From: a virus
Virus record (IMG/VR): IMGVR_UViG_3300035661_000054
Length of the DNA stretch: 64,000 bases
Direction: 5' to 3' (one strand)
Shown: positions 46,163 to 55,308 of the stretch, in pieces
Layout of the letters: every line of letters starts with the position of its first letter
Numbering within the stretch: position 1 is the first letter of the stretch
Notes under the pieces: model-generated
Seen by the model: the letters and a program-made list of their open reading frames with translations, nothing else
Databases searched by the model: none
Told to the model about the DNA's origin: nothing
Position numbers and translations under genes: made by a program

Positions 46163-46888
46163 TTGAAAACAATTATTTTTGCTGATGGTGATAATTTTTC
46201 ATATAAAAGATTGGGCGATGTTATTCAATGTATTGGTAAAACAACAAAATTGAGTATTAAGTTATTTGCCAATCATATAGGTTTGATTGATTGCTGGAAA
46301 AAAGAAATTATTAAATATGGTTTTGAATCTGTTAATATCTTTCAAAGTAAATTTGGTAAAAAGAATTCGAGTGACATTGTTTTAAGTGTTGAGGCATTAA
46401 AGTCTCTTTACGAAGAAGATTGGGATAGATTTGTTTTTATTAGTGGTGATGGTGATTTTGCTTATTTATTTAAAACAATTAAAAACAATAAAAAAATTGT
46501 AAGTATTTTTAGTGGTGAACATTCTTCTTGTGCGTCAAGATTAGAATGTACTGATTATCATATTTTATATGAAAAATCAATGGTTAATGTTGAGAGAAAT
46601 GACACTGGTTATTCTTTTTATACTAAATATTTTAATAAAAGCATTGCGCATAAAAAGTTAATGGTTGTAAAAAGAATTAATGATTTGATAAATTTAGCTG
46701 GAAATGATGGTTGTGTTGAAATTCCTGGTTCTCTGTTAAGAGAGATGTCTGCGAAAGAAGGTATTATAGTAAGTAAAAGAAATACTAAAAAACACATAGA
46801 ACATCTTGGTTTTTCTCTTGTTGCTAAAGACAAAAGGGTTTATGTTTGCAAAGGCGAACATACAGATTATTTACTAAGTTTGATTTAA
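46163..46888 (+). CDS. NYN/LabA-like domain protein (putative RNase)
   Basis: TTG start after RBS aaaggtgatg; IIFADGDNF ... FISGDGDF match NYN core. Confidence 0.55.
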   Translation: MKTIIFADGDNFSYKRLGDVIQCIGKTTKLSIKLFANHIGLIDCWKKEIIKYGFESVNIFQSKFGKKNSSDIVLSVEALKSLYEEDWDRFVFISGDGDFAYLFKTIKNNKKIVSIFSGEHSSCASRLECTDYHILYEKSMVNVERNDTGYSFYTKYFNKSIAHKKLMVVKRINDLINLAGNDGCVEIPGSLLREMSAKEGIIVSKRNTKKHIEHLGFSLVAKDKRVYVCKGEHTDYLLSLI

Positions 46889-46904
46889 TTTTTGGGTAAA
46901 ATAT

Positions 46905-48116
46905 ATGTTAATTAATAATAATTATTTTAGAATGAATATTTTTTGTATTGATTCACAAAACATTCAAGTTATTATGCATAAAAAAAGAGATGGTGAGGAA
47001 GGTTACATATCTCAAAATTATGACCCTTTAGAGTTTAATAAAAGTTTCAGACCAAAATTTGATTATCTTGAAATTAAACTTCCTGATAATTTAAAAAAAT
47101 ATCTTATTGTTCGTTTTTCACCAAGAAAAAAATACAATGAAGATGTGAAAATTTCTTTTACAATAAATGATTTGATATTTTTAGATGAAAAAAGTTATGT
47201 TGAATTTGCTATTTCTTTGAGTTCTCACACAACAAATAATCATTTAAACAGTATTATAAGAAATTTTAATGGTTTTTTTGCCGATAATGGTTTGGCTGAT
47301 TTTAAAACAGCTAACTTAATAATTAAAGATAATGGAAAATCTTTGGTTGATCGTTATGATTTTACTAATTTTTATTACGATAGAATTTCTATTAATTTTT
47401 ATAAACAATTCAGCATAGAATATATTGTTTTTGGCATTGTTAATCAAGTTGAAGGTTGTGATATTTCTTTGCTTACATCACCAAATATGCCTTTTAAATT
47501 AAGTAATTTTAAAGAAGGTTTTTCTGGTCTTATGTTTAGAAATATTTTTATTAATTCAGTTATTGCCGAAGAAATAACGAATAGTTTCTTTGATTTACAT
47601 ATTTCACATAAATACATATTTAATTTCTTTGATCAAAAATCTGAAAGATTGGTTTTATGTAATCAATCGGATATAGATTCTGAAAACAAAGAAATTATAG
47701 TTGAGTTGAATTTTAATGGTTGCAATATTGATTTTTTAAATATTAGATTAAATGAATTATCTAATATTGATATTTTTAGTCTTGAACACTCTAACATTAA
47801 AGAGTTAATTATATCTAAAAATGAATATGGAAGAAAAACCCATTTAAAATTAAATGAATCAATTATTAACAATATGATTTCAGATAACCAATTTCTTGTT
47901 GGTTATTGTAGGAAATCTTTATTAACTATTGGTGGTTTGAATTTGGATAATTTTTCTTTAGCTTTTGAAAAAAAACTTCCAGTATGGCCTATTGAATTAG
48001 AGGATAATTTGTTTTTAGTGCTTAAAAGAAGTATTAAAGATAAAAAGAAGAATCTTATTAAAAGTGTTAAAGAAAATATAAAAATGATTTCTAATGAATA
48101 CGCAAACTTTTTTTAA
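46905..48116 (+). CDS. hypothetical protein
   Basis: 403-aa ORF. Confidence 0.45.
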   Translation: MLINNNYFRMNIFCIDSQNIQVIMHKKRDGEEGYISQNYDPLEFNKSFRPKFDYLEIKLPDNLKKYLIVRFSPRKKYNEDVKISFTINDLIFLDEKSYVEFAISLSSHTTNNHLNSIIRNFNGFFADNGLADFKTANLIIKDNGKSLVDRYDFTNFYYDRISINFYKQFSIEYIVFGIVNQVEGCDISLLTSPNMPFKLSNFKEGFSGLMFRNIFINSVIAEEITNSFFDLHISHKYIFNFFDQKSERLVLCNQSDIDSENKEIIVELNFNGCNIDFLNIRLNELSNIDIFSLEHSNIKELIISKNEYGRKTHLKLNESIINNMISDNQFLVGYCRKSLLTIGGLNLDNFSLAFEKKLPVWPIELEDNLFLVLKRSIKDKKKNLIKSVKENIKMISNEYANFF

Positions 48117-48125
48117 AAATAAAAA

Positions 48126-48154
48126 AACCCAAATAGACAAGTCTGATTTGGGTT
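48126..48154. terminator. bidirectional terminator between convergent gene blocks
   Basis: aacccaaatagacaagtctgatttgggtt. Confidence 0.6.
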
Positions 48155-48161
48155 AAATGTA

Positions 48162-48407
48162 TTAACCATGAATATATTCTTTTTTCATGGTTGAAAAAAT
48201 TTGTTCTAATTCTTCATTAGAAACAAAATTTATTCGTTTTTGTTTTAGAACTTTTCCATTGCGGACAATGGAAATGACAAAAAAGGAGCCATTTCTGGCT
48301 ACCTCAACAGATGAGTTACGCATCTGGAAAGCCCTATAAAGGCTTAGAAAAAAATTGTTCATGATAATATATCCTAAAATTAAAGATAAAAATATAAAAT
48401 AGCACAA
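48162..48407 (-). CDS. hypothetical protein
   Basis: 81-aa ORF, first gene of minus-strand block. Confidence 0.3.
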   Translation of the reverse strand: MCYFIFLSLILGYIIMNNFFLSLYRAFQMRNSSVEVARNGSFFVISIVRNGKVLKQKRINFVSNEELEQIFSTMKKEYIHG

Positions 48408-48446
48408 AAAAATAATTGTTTTATTTTTAAGTGCTATATTTTTAAA

Positions 48447-48782
48447 TTAATCAACTAAAGTTAGTAGGTGAAAAGAAATAGAACCATGATATTCTAAAGT
48501 AGAACCATCATTATCTATGACATTAGTATCTGATTTTAACAAATCAGTATTTAAGTCAGAGATATTGACAGAAAAAACAATAATATCTTCAGTCCATTCT
48601 TCTTCAACTTCAGTGCATTCAGCATAACTTAAAGCAACATCATAGGATGTCGCTAAATAAGTTACACCTTCAACAGAGTCGTTAAAGTTTTTCTCTCCTA
48701 AACCATTTAAACCGTATTTTTGAATACTATCTAAATGTTTTCTGAAAGTTGCATGAAAAAGTTTCATTTTACTGTAATCCAT
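48447..48782 (-). CDS. hypothetical protein
   Basis: 111-aa ORF. Confidence 0.4.
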   Translation of the reverse strand: MDYSKMKLFHATFRKHLDSIQKYGLNGLGEKNFNDSVEGVTYLATSYDVALSYAECTEVEEEWTEDIIVFSVNISDLNTDLLKSDTNVIDNDGSTLEYHGSISFHLLTLVD

Positions 48783-48832
48783 ATTTCAACCAATTTCAGT
48801 TCTTAAATATCCATAACAATTTAAAAAATCCT

Positions 48833-49024
48833 TTAAATTGAAACGATTCCAAGAACGTAACCTTTGAAAACAACATGAAACTTATCAAAATTATCTGAAA
48901 CATTTAACAGAAAAATATTTTCTGATAATTGTTCTTTATTTTTGTTTAAAGCCTTCATGTCACGGCAAGATTTTAAAATAATATCTTTCATTTTATTCAC
49001 CTTGTTCTGAATAGTCGTTAGCAT
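48833..49024 (-). CDS. hypothetical protein
   Basis: 63-aa ORF. Confidence 0.3.
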   Translation of the reverse strand: MLTTIQNKVNKMKDIILKSCRDMKALNKNKEQLSENIFLLNVSDNFDKFHVVFKGYVLGIVSI

Positions 49025-49202
49025 ATTTAAAGGCTTGTTTTAAGCCTTCTTCATTTAAATTAACTAAACCGTCATTGCATCCATCTGGAGTTCTTAATTC
49101 AATATAAGAATCAGCAGGAATACCAAAGAATGAATAACCATTTGATAAGGAAATGCTTCCACCTTGTTTTAGAATTTCTAAAACGCTATTTGTAAATTCC
49201 AT
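48993..49202 (-). CDS. hypothetical protein
   Basis: 69-aa ORF. Confidence 0.35.
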   Translation of the reverse strand: MEFTNSVLEILKQGGSISLSNGYSFFGIPADSYIELRTPDGCNDGLVNLNEEGLKQAFKYANDYSEQGE

Positions 49203-49221
49203 AGGGGTTTCTCCTAAAAAT

Positions 49222-49578
49222 TTAATTTAAACGATTTGTTTTAATTTTGAAAGTAACCCCTTCATTAGGGATTAACTCAAAATCACGACTCTTTTGAACA
49301 ATTGATTTAAAATAACCAGATCCTAAATCAAAGTCGTAAGATTCTCCAAACCACATTTTTCTGTGTTTCCAGCAAATGAAAACACGAATTTTATTGTTGG
49401 TATTGAAAAAACAAAATCCTTTATAATTTATTTTTTTCGCAGCTCCAACTGTATAAATACGATTGGAAGCTATTTGACGAATCAAACCTTCCTTGGTTTT
49501 GCTTTTATATTCATTACTTGGTGTAATAAGCAAGTGAGTTTTTATTTCAATCATTTTTTCAATCCTTTTGACGAACAA
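49222..49578 (-). CDS. hypothetical protein
   Basis: 118-aa ORF. Confidence 0.4.
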   Translation of the reverse strand: MFVKRIEKMIEIKTHLLITPSNEYKSKTKEGLIRQIASNRIYTVGAAKKINYKGFCFFNTNNKIRVFICWKHRKMWFGESYDFDLGSGYFKSIVQKSRDFELIPNEGVTFKIKTNRLN

Positions 49579-49702
49579 ATACTCGGAATTTTCATACTAA
49601 TCGTATCGCTGTTTAAAAATAAACTCGATAAACTTTAGCTTCTTTTTCCTTGTAATTTAAAACATTTTTACGAAGTGTAGAAGGTTTATTAATCCACGCT
49701 AT

Positions 49703-49894
49703 TCAATTCTCTTTAGAGAAATGTTTTTGTAAAAACGAAATATCATACCAATCCATTGTTCTTGAACCGAAATCAATAAGAACTTTATCTTTATCAACTT
49801 GAGTTACTTGAACTTTAGCACCTTTTGAAAGTGAAAAGGATTCGTATCCCGCAATGAAACGCTGTTCATGTTTTAAAACATAAATACCTTTCAT
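49703..49894 (-). CDS. hypothetical protein
   Basis: 63-aa ORF. Confidence 0.35.
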   Translation of the reverse strand: MKGIYVLKHEQRFIAGYESFSLSKGAKVQVTQVDKDKVLIDFGSRTMDWYDISFLQKHFSKEN

Positions 49895-49905
49895 TATAAT
49901 CTCCT

Positions 49906-50562
49906 TTAAAGCATTTTATCCATTTCTGCCATGATTCTCATAGCTGGAGTTGATTTAATCATTTCTTCAAAATATTGACGACAAATACTGTGAGTTTTAT
50001 CATCCATTTTAAAGCCTTTTGAAATTGAAAAACGATACGCTCTCATAATTCTGAGTTTGTCTTCATTTATTCTGTCTTTAGCTTTTCCTACAAATCTGAG
50101 CTTTTTAGATTTAATATCTTCCAAACCCAAACCAGTAGGATCAATTATTTTATCATTTACTATATCGTAATACAAAGCATTAACTGTAAAGTCTCTGCGA
50201 TTAGCATCATCAAATATAGTGCCTATTGAAGTTGAATCAGGTCTCCTACCATCGGTATAAGTACCATCTTTTCGATATAAAGCAATTTCAAACTGTTGTT
50301 CGTTCTTACTTACAATCATAACAAGAAAGTTTTTTCCTGCTTCATTTACTTGCCAGTTGTTTGAGGCGAAAGCCTCTTTAATATCATCAAGATTTCCATT
50401 GCAAACAATGTCAAAATCTTTAATTTTATGACTTTCTTTATGATAAAGATTGGTTAAATAATCTCTAACACAACCACCAACCAACATAACCTCTGATGAA
50501 CAACTTTTTAAAATTAAAAAAAGTTGTAAAAGAGTGTTATTTTTTTCGATTGTTTCTATCAT
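49906..50562 (-). CDS. cca: tRNA nucleotidyltransferase (CCA-adding enzyme) head domain protein
   Basis: GGCVRD, DFDIV (DxD), RRDFTVNALYYD signatures of class II Pol-beta CCA-adding/poly(A) polymerase head; only 218 aa. Confidence 0.75.
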   Translation of the reverse strand: MIETIEKNNTLLQLFLILKSCSSEVMLVGGCVRDYLTNLYHKESHKIKDFDIVCNGNLDDIKEAFASNNWQVNEAGKNFLVMIVSKNEQQFEIALYRKDGTYTDGRRPDSTSIGTIFDDANRRDFTVNALYYDIVNDKIIDPTGLGLEDIKSKKLRFVGKAKDRINEDKLRIMRAYRFSISKGFKMDDKTHSICRQYFEEMIKSTPAMRIMAEMDKML

Positions 50563-50573
50563 AGAAACCTCTT

Positions 50574-50822
50574 TTAAAAAACAAGCTTTGATTCAAAAAA
50601 GCAAAGTTCTTTATTTAGATTATACTTATCTAAAGGATCAGTCATTAAAACAATATAGCGTCTTTCACTATATTGTTGAGTAGGTGAATCAATTACTTCC
50701 TCACCAACGATAACGCCTGAACCAACACCTGGAGCTGTACACTTAAAACCGTTTAGTTTTGAACCAACGATTTTTGTGTCATTTACTGGTTTTTTCATAT
50801 TTTTCTCCTTAGAAAAATTCAC
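50574..50822 (-). CDS. possible GroES/Cpn10-like co-chaperonin
   Basis: KPVNDTKIVG...GVGSGVIVG pattern resembles GroES; weak. Confidence 0.3.
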   Translation of the reverse strand: MNFSKEKNMKKPVNDTKIVGSKLNGFKCTAPGVGSGVIVGEEVIDSPTQQYSERRYIVLMTDPLDKYNLNKELCFFESKLVF

Positions 50823-51216
50823 TTTTAGAAATTAGACAGGTAAACTCAATATTTTTCTCACTTAATAGCGAACAAAAATAATTAATTTTAGCCAAGGATT
50901 TCTCGCTAACTACTTCAGATTTTAAACAAACTAAAGAAGGTTTTTGAGATTCAATAAATTCAGCAAGCTTTAATATTAATTTATTCATAGAACCAAGACC
51001 TCTAAAGTCTGTTTTAGTATAAATAAAGTCAATATTTAATTCAAGTATGCCAAAATTATCAATTAAAGAAAAGACAAGAAATGAATGTTTGTTTTCTAAA
51101 AGAAAAGCATTTTCATTTCCCATTAACATGTAAGAAGGTATAATATCACCGATCTCTGAAAGATCAATTTTATCATCCAACTTATCAATTAAGAAAGCGT
51201 TAAGCTTAATAGGCAT
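50809..51216 (-). CDS. possible GNAT-family acetyltransferase
   Basis: TKTDFRGLGSMNKLILKLAEF resembles GNAT motif A (R/Q-x-x-G-x-G/A). Confidence 0.35.
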   Translation of the reverse strand: MPIKLNAFLIDKLDDKIDLSEIGDIIPSYMLMGNENAFLLENKHSFLVFSLIDNFGILELNIDFIYTKTDFRGLGSMNKLILKLAEFIESQKPSLVCLKSEVVSEKSLAKINYFCSLLSEKNIEFTCLISKSEFF

Positions 51217-51362
51217 ATAGCCTCCTAAAAAACTGATTAACAGTTATAAATTTAAAAATTTAATTATATATTTAAATTGTTTTAGCATAAATATTAAATC
51301 GATTTTTTTTTAATTAATTAAGTTTTTAATATTGATTTTTTTTGTGATATAAATTAAACTTA

Positions 51363-51391
51363 TTGACTTTTAAAAAAACTTATGATATAAT
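51363..51391 (+). promoter_or_regulatory. sigma70-type promoter TTGACT-N17-TGaTATAAT
   Basis: TTGACT 51363-51368, TGATATAAT 51383-51391. Confidence 0.6.
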
Positions 51392-51421
51392 AAGATATTA
51401 TTTTTAAAGGAGGTTTTTTTA

Positions 51422-51691
51422 ATGTTGTTTTTTAATTGGGTATTGTTTGGGGTTTCAATACTTATTGCTCTTTCTGTTTTTGTTTCTGGTTCTTATTACG
51501 TAGTAACTCATAATGGAGTTTTACTTTTTGCTTTCATGGTTCCAATATTTTTACTTATTTCTTTTATTACTTTTATCTCAATGGTGCTTTTTAGTAACGC
51601 AGTTTTTTCTATTTTCTCTAAAAGAAAATTAAATCCTAATCTAATGTTGTATTGTTTAGATAGAACAATTTCTGTTATTCGTTCAAAATAA
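51422..51691 (+). CDS. small membrane protein (3 TM)
   Basis: 89-aa hydrophobic ORF behind strong promoter; RBS aaggaggtttttttaATG. Confidence 0.4.
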   Translation: MLFFNWVLFGVSILIALSVFVSGSYYVVTHNGVLLFAFMVPIFLLISFITFISMVLFSNAVFSIFSKRKLNPNLMLYCLDRTISVIRSK

Positions 51692-51744
51692 CTATTGACA
51701 AACATTATTTGGTTTGTTATACTTATATCAAATGGTTGTGGTCT

Positions 51745-52037
51745 TAAGACATAGTTAAATATTTTTAAGCATCTGGAAGGCGGTTCGATTCCGCCCATCT
51801 CCACCAAAAAATATATTGTTTAGTATGTTTTTTAATGGGGATGACCAGGTTTCGACAGGTGTGTTAAGGGTATTGATGACAACTTCGCAAGGTGGAAGCG
51901 ATCTCTCTATGAGAAAAGAAACAAAAAAATAAATGCAAACGACGAAAACTTTGCTATTGCAGCTTGATACTGCTTGGGTTTGAGATACCTCTAAACAGAA
52001 CATCTCAATCGAACCTTACCTAACGGTAAGGTTTTTT
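51745..52037 (+). ncRNA. ssrA: tmRNA (ssrA), apparently circularly permuted two-piece form
   Basis: Acceptor piece ends 51806 with T arm ggcgg-ttcgatt-ccgcc, 3' acceptor catctcc, A, CCA. Coding piece starts 51837 with ggggatgaccaggtttcgacagg (GGGGnUGA..GGnUUCGACGGG tmRNA 5' consensus), pairs with G3-U70. Tag ORF 51935-51967 is gcaaacgacgaaaactttgctattgcagcttga (ANDENFAIAA-stop). Terminator 52011-52037. 5' boundary of acceptor piece uncertain. Confidence 0.6.
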
Positions 52038-52042
52038 AATTA

Positions 52043-52119
52043 GCACAGGTGTCAGAGTGGTCTATTGAGGTGGATTGCAAATCCATTGTTCAGCGGTTCG
52101 AATCCGCTCTTGTGCTCCA
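52043..52119 (+). tRNA. tRNA-Cys (anticodon GCA)
   Basis: Acceptor gcacagg/cttgtgc, anticodon arm gtgga-ttgcaaa-tccat, T arm agcgg-ttcgaat-ccgct, 3' tcca. Confidence 0.75.
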
Positions 52120-52193
52120 AATTTTCTAAGTCTTTGACTTTTCTTCCTTATTTTGTTAAAATATACTCATTGATTGATTGAGGTATAATTAAA

Positions 52194-53228
52194 GTGTCTA
52201 ATGTTTTTATGATGATTTCTGGTGGAATTGATTCTATGGTTTTAGCTCAATATTATGTTAATAATGGTATTGAATTTAAAGCTATTTTTATTGATGATTC
52301 AGAATATTCTAAAGGTGTTTGTTCTAAAAATGTTGTGGAATTATTTTGTCAAAAAAACAATATTAAATTGTATCAAAAAAAATATGTTAAAAATAAAAAC
52401 GGAAACAATAACCTTGAAGCGAATATGAGAGATTTTAGATATAATTTTGCTTTTGAAGTTATGGCTGGTTTTGAAAATCCTATCTTAATTACAGCTCATC
52501 ATTTAAATGATCGTGTTGAAACAATGCTAATGAATTTTGTTAGAGGTTCTGGTGTTTTAGGATTGAGTAATATGAATGAAATTGAATCTAAAAACAAAGG
52601 TTTTAATTATCAGCATCATCGTCCTTTTATTAATAAATCAAAAAATGAAATTAAATTAATGGCTAATGAATACGGATTTATTGAAAATATTCATTATGTT
52701 GAGGATTTAACTAATAATGATACTGATATTACAAGAAACTGGTTTCGTCATAATGTTGTTAATAAAATTATGAGTGAATTTTCTCATAAAGGTATTTCTC
52801 GTAGCTTTGAGCTTCTTTCTCAAGAAAGTGTTGATTTAAATAATTTAAAAATTAACTTAGAAGATGGTTATATTTGTAGTGATTTTATTGATATGAATTG
52901 CATTAATAAAAGTCAGGTTTATTATTTGGCTAAAAAGTTTTTTGAAAAATCTGGTATTGCTTTTACAAAAAAAGGTGCGGAGTTGTTTGCATGGCTCATT
53001 TTTAACGGAAAGGAATTTTCTTTAAGAAGTAAAAATGGTGACATTCAATTTGGTTTTACTATTATTTCTAATGAAGAATCAAATGATGATTTTGAATCAA
53101 ATAAGTTTATTAAAGTTTTTGCAATTAATAAAAATGAAAAACAAGAGTGTAAGCAAAAATTTGATCAACATACAAAATATCTGTATGTTTCACCAAAATT
53201 AAGATTTTACAATATTAATATCTATTAA
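52194..53228 (+). CDS. tilS: tRNA(Ile)-lysidine synthetase TilS-like PP-loop ATPase
   Basis: N-terminal PP-loop ISGGIDS (SGGxDS), HHLNDRVETMLMN downstream as in TilS/MesJ N-domain; 344 aa. Confidence 0.65.
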   Translation: MSNVFMMISGGIDSMVLAQYYVNNGIEFKAIFIDDSEYSKGVCSKNVVELFCQKNNIKLYQKKYVKNKNGNNNLEANMRDFRYNFAFEVMAGFENPILITAHHLNDRVETMLMNFVRGSGVLGLSNMNEIESKNKGFNYQHHRPFINKSKNEIKLMANEYGFIENIHYVEDLTNNDTDITRNWFRHNVVNKIMSEFSHKGISRSFELLSQESVDLNNLKINLEDGYICSDFIDMNCINKSQVYYLAKKFFEKSGIAFTKKGAELFAWLIFNGKEFSLRSKNGDIQFGFTIISNEESNDDFESNKFIKVFAINKNEKQECKQKFDQHTKYLYVSPKLRFYNINIY

Positions 53229-53239
53229 GGCGGTATATT

Positions 53240-53848
53240 GTGGTTTTTTCATATTTAGAATTTTTAGGAATGACTTTAGGGGTTATTGGCTCAATCTTAA
53301 TGGCAGCTTCAAGTAAAGAAGAAACCAAGCCTTTGCTTTATGCTTATTATGCTTATGGTTTATCTAATTATGTTCTGCTTTTTGTTGTAGCGAATGCTGG
53401 ACTTGTTTTTGTTTATTCTCAAATGATTATTTTTGGTCTTTTGGGTTTAAGAGGTATTTATACTTTCGGAAATAAAAATACAGTATTTTATTTTGCTTCA
53501 ATTTTATTTTTATCTATTATAAGTTCGTCTTTCTTTTTTAATAAAAATGTATTTGTTTTGGATTTTAAAGAACTTATATTGACAGTCTTTGCGATTGTTG
53601 GAACGGTTTTTTTAGCAAATAAAAACCATATTATTAGGGAATATGCTTTTATCTTATTTATATTGTCTGATATTGGTTTTGTTTACTTGTTTTTTAGTAA
53701 TAATTTAATCTTTATGACAATGCAATATGCTTTTTATTTAATTACTTCAGGTGTTGCATTATATAGAAACGAAGGTTACTTATATAACTTGATGCGTAAT
53801 TCTTTCCGTTCTTATGCTCGTGCTGTTTTGGATTGTTATGTGCATTAA
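53240..53848 (+). CDS. PnuC-like nicotinamide riboside transporter (tentative)
   Basis: 7 predicted TM; N-terminal YLEFLGMTLGVIGSILMA resembles PnuC WIEAVGTIAGLLCIGLAS. Confidence 0.4.
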   Translation: MVFSYLEFLGMTLGVIGSILMAASSKEETKPLLYAYYAYGLSNYVLLFVVANAGLVFVYSQMIIFGLLGLRGIYTFGNKNTVFYFASILFLSIISSSFFFNKNVFVLDFKELILTVFAIVGTVFLANKNHIIREYAFILFILSDIGFVYLFFSNNLIFMTMQYAFYLITSGVALYRNEGYLYNLMRNSFRSYARAVLDCYVH

Positions 53849-53958
53849 TTACTTACAGCTTAGTAGTTATGCTTATATTTGACTTATTATGCTTAGTTTG
53901 TTATACTTATAACAAGTCAGAAAGACTTATTTAATTTTGTTAATTGTTGAGGTGTGTT

Positions 53959-55152
53959 ATGGAATATAGTAATTACGTTGAATTTTGTGAAACTAAAGTT
54001 GAAGCTAATGTTTTAAATCTTTTGTCTACTGGTAAAAAACGTTCCGTTGTTGCTTATGAATTAGATATTAGTAGCCGTACTGTTGATCGCATTATTGCGC
54101 GTGTTAAAAGTCGTGCTTCAATGCAGGGTTTTAGTCCTGAGCATGGTATGACTCACAAAGTTCCACAAGAATACTATGTTAAAGGCACATCTACTCTTTA
54201 TGATGCTGATGGTCAAAAGAAAATGGAATGGGTTAAAACTAACGCAAAAGCAATGTCTATGATTGAAATTGTTCAAGGCGTTGTTGATTCTCTTCAAGAA
54301 TCTGTTCATGCTAAATTTGAGCCTGTTAAATTAAAATCCAATCCAGAAAAACTACATACAGATTATTTAACTGTATTACCTATTGGTGATGCTCATGCTG
54401 GTTTAATGTCTTGGGAGCGTGAAACTGGTGAAAATTATGATTTAAAAATCTGGGAAAAAGATATTATTACAGCCTATGATTACTTAATTGATCGTTCTAT
54501 GAATACTCGTGAATGTGTTTTGGTTAATCTTGGTGATTATTTGCACGTTGATGACTCAACTAATTCAACTCCTCGTTCTGGTAATCAGTTAGATGTTGAT
54601 TCACGTTTTCATAAGATTTTTGATGTAGCAGTTCAATCATTGGTTTATGTTGCTAAACGTGCTTTAGAGAAATTTGAGAAAGTTACTTTAATTAATGTGA
54701 CTGGTAATCATGATTTAATGTCATCTTATGCGTTATCAATGGTTTTAAAAAGTTATTTCCATAATGAACCACGTATTGATGTTCGTGCAGAACCAAAAAC
54801 ATTTCATTATTTTGAATTTGGTAAAGTAATGCTAATGGCTACTCATGGTGATACTTGTAAAATCGACCAAATGACAGGTGTTGCTGCAAATGATGAATGT
54901 GAAATGTGGGGTCGTACCCGTCATCGTTATGCTTTAACTGGTCATATTCACCACACATCTAAAAAAGAGATTAATGGTATGGTGATTGAATCTTTCCGCT
55001 CTTTAGTTGCTAAAGATGCTTGGCATTTTTCATCTGGTTATCGTGCTGGTCGTGATATGAATTTAATTACTTATCACAAAAACTTTGGTGAAGTTGGTCG
55101 TGTTATTGCTAATCTTGATTTAATTAAATCTTTACAAGATGAGCAAGATTGA
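53959..55152 (+). CDS. HTH domain fused to calcineurin-like metallophosphoesterase
   Basis: N-terminal LSTGKKRSVVAYELDISSRTVDRIIARVKSR (sigma70-r4/LuxR-type HTH); MPE motifs GDAHAG, GDYLHVDD, GNHD, THGD, GHIHH; ATG 53959 after gaggtg RBS. Confidence 0.55.
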   Translation: MEYSNYVEFCETKVEANVLNLLSTGKKRSVVAYELDISSRTVDRIIARVKSRASMQGFSPEHGMTHKVPQEYYVKGTSTLYDADGQKKMEWVKTNAKAMSMIEIVQGVVDSLQESVHAKFEPVKLKSNPEKLHTDYLTVLPIGDAHAGLMSWERETGENYDLKIWEKDIITAYDYLIDRSMNTRECVLVNLGDYLHVDDSTNSTPRSGNQLDVDSRFHKIFDVAVQSLVYVAKRALEKFEKVTLINVTGNHDLMSSYALSMVLKSYFHNEPRIDVRAEPKTFHYFEFGKVMLMATHGDTCKIDQMTGVAANDECEMWGRTRHRYALTGHIHHTSKKEINGMVIESFRSLVAKDAWHFSSGYRAGRDMNLITYHKNFGEVGRVIANLDLIKSLQDEQD

Positions 55153-55308
55153 TTAATTTTACTTAATGCTGTATAATAACCCTTGTCTGTTGATAAGGGT
55201 TTATTTTTAAAGAGGTTTTTTGTGATGAAAAAATTGACTTCATGTTGGAAAATTGATTCTAAAACTAAAAAACTTTTTCTTTATTGGTTTTTAAAAGGTT
55301 GATTTAAA

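Noticed and set aside
46618-46833. 71-aa minus ORF
   Set aside because: Antisense to NYN gene
47663-47872. 69-aa minus ORF
   Set aside because: Antisense to 46905-48116
49363-49638. 91-aa plus ORF
   Set aside because: Antisense to minus-strand gene 49222-49578 within a uniformly minus-strand block
51508-52003. Minus ORFs 51508-51807 and 51755-52003
   Set aside because: Overlap the tmRNA pieces and the plus-strand membrane gene; translation contains the reverse of tRNA-like sequence
51837-52119. One-piece canonical tmRNA using a downstream acceptor
   Set aside because: The only downstream tRNA-like 3' end is tRNA-Cys (acceptor cttgtgc), which is not complementary to ggggatg, whereas the upstream catctcc-A-CCA is. 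Hence the permuted interpretation
54118-54309. 63-aa minus ORF
   Set aside because: Antisense to HTH-MPE gene
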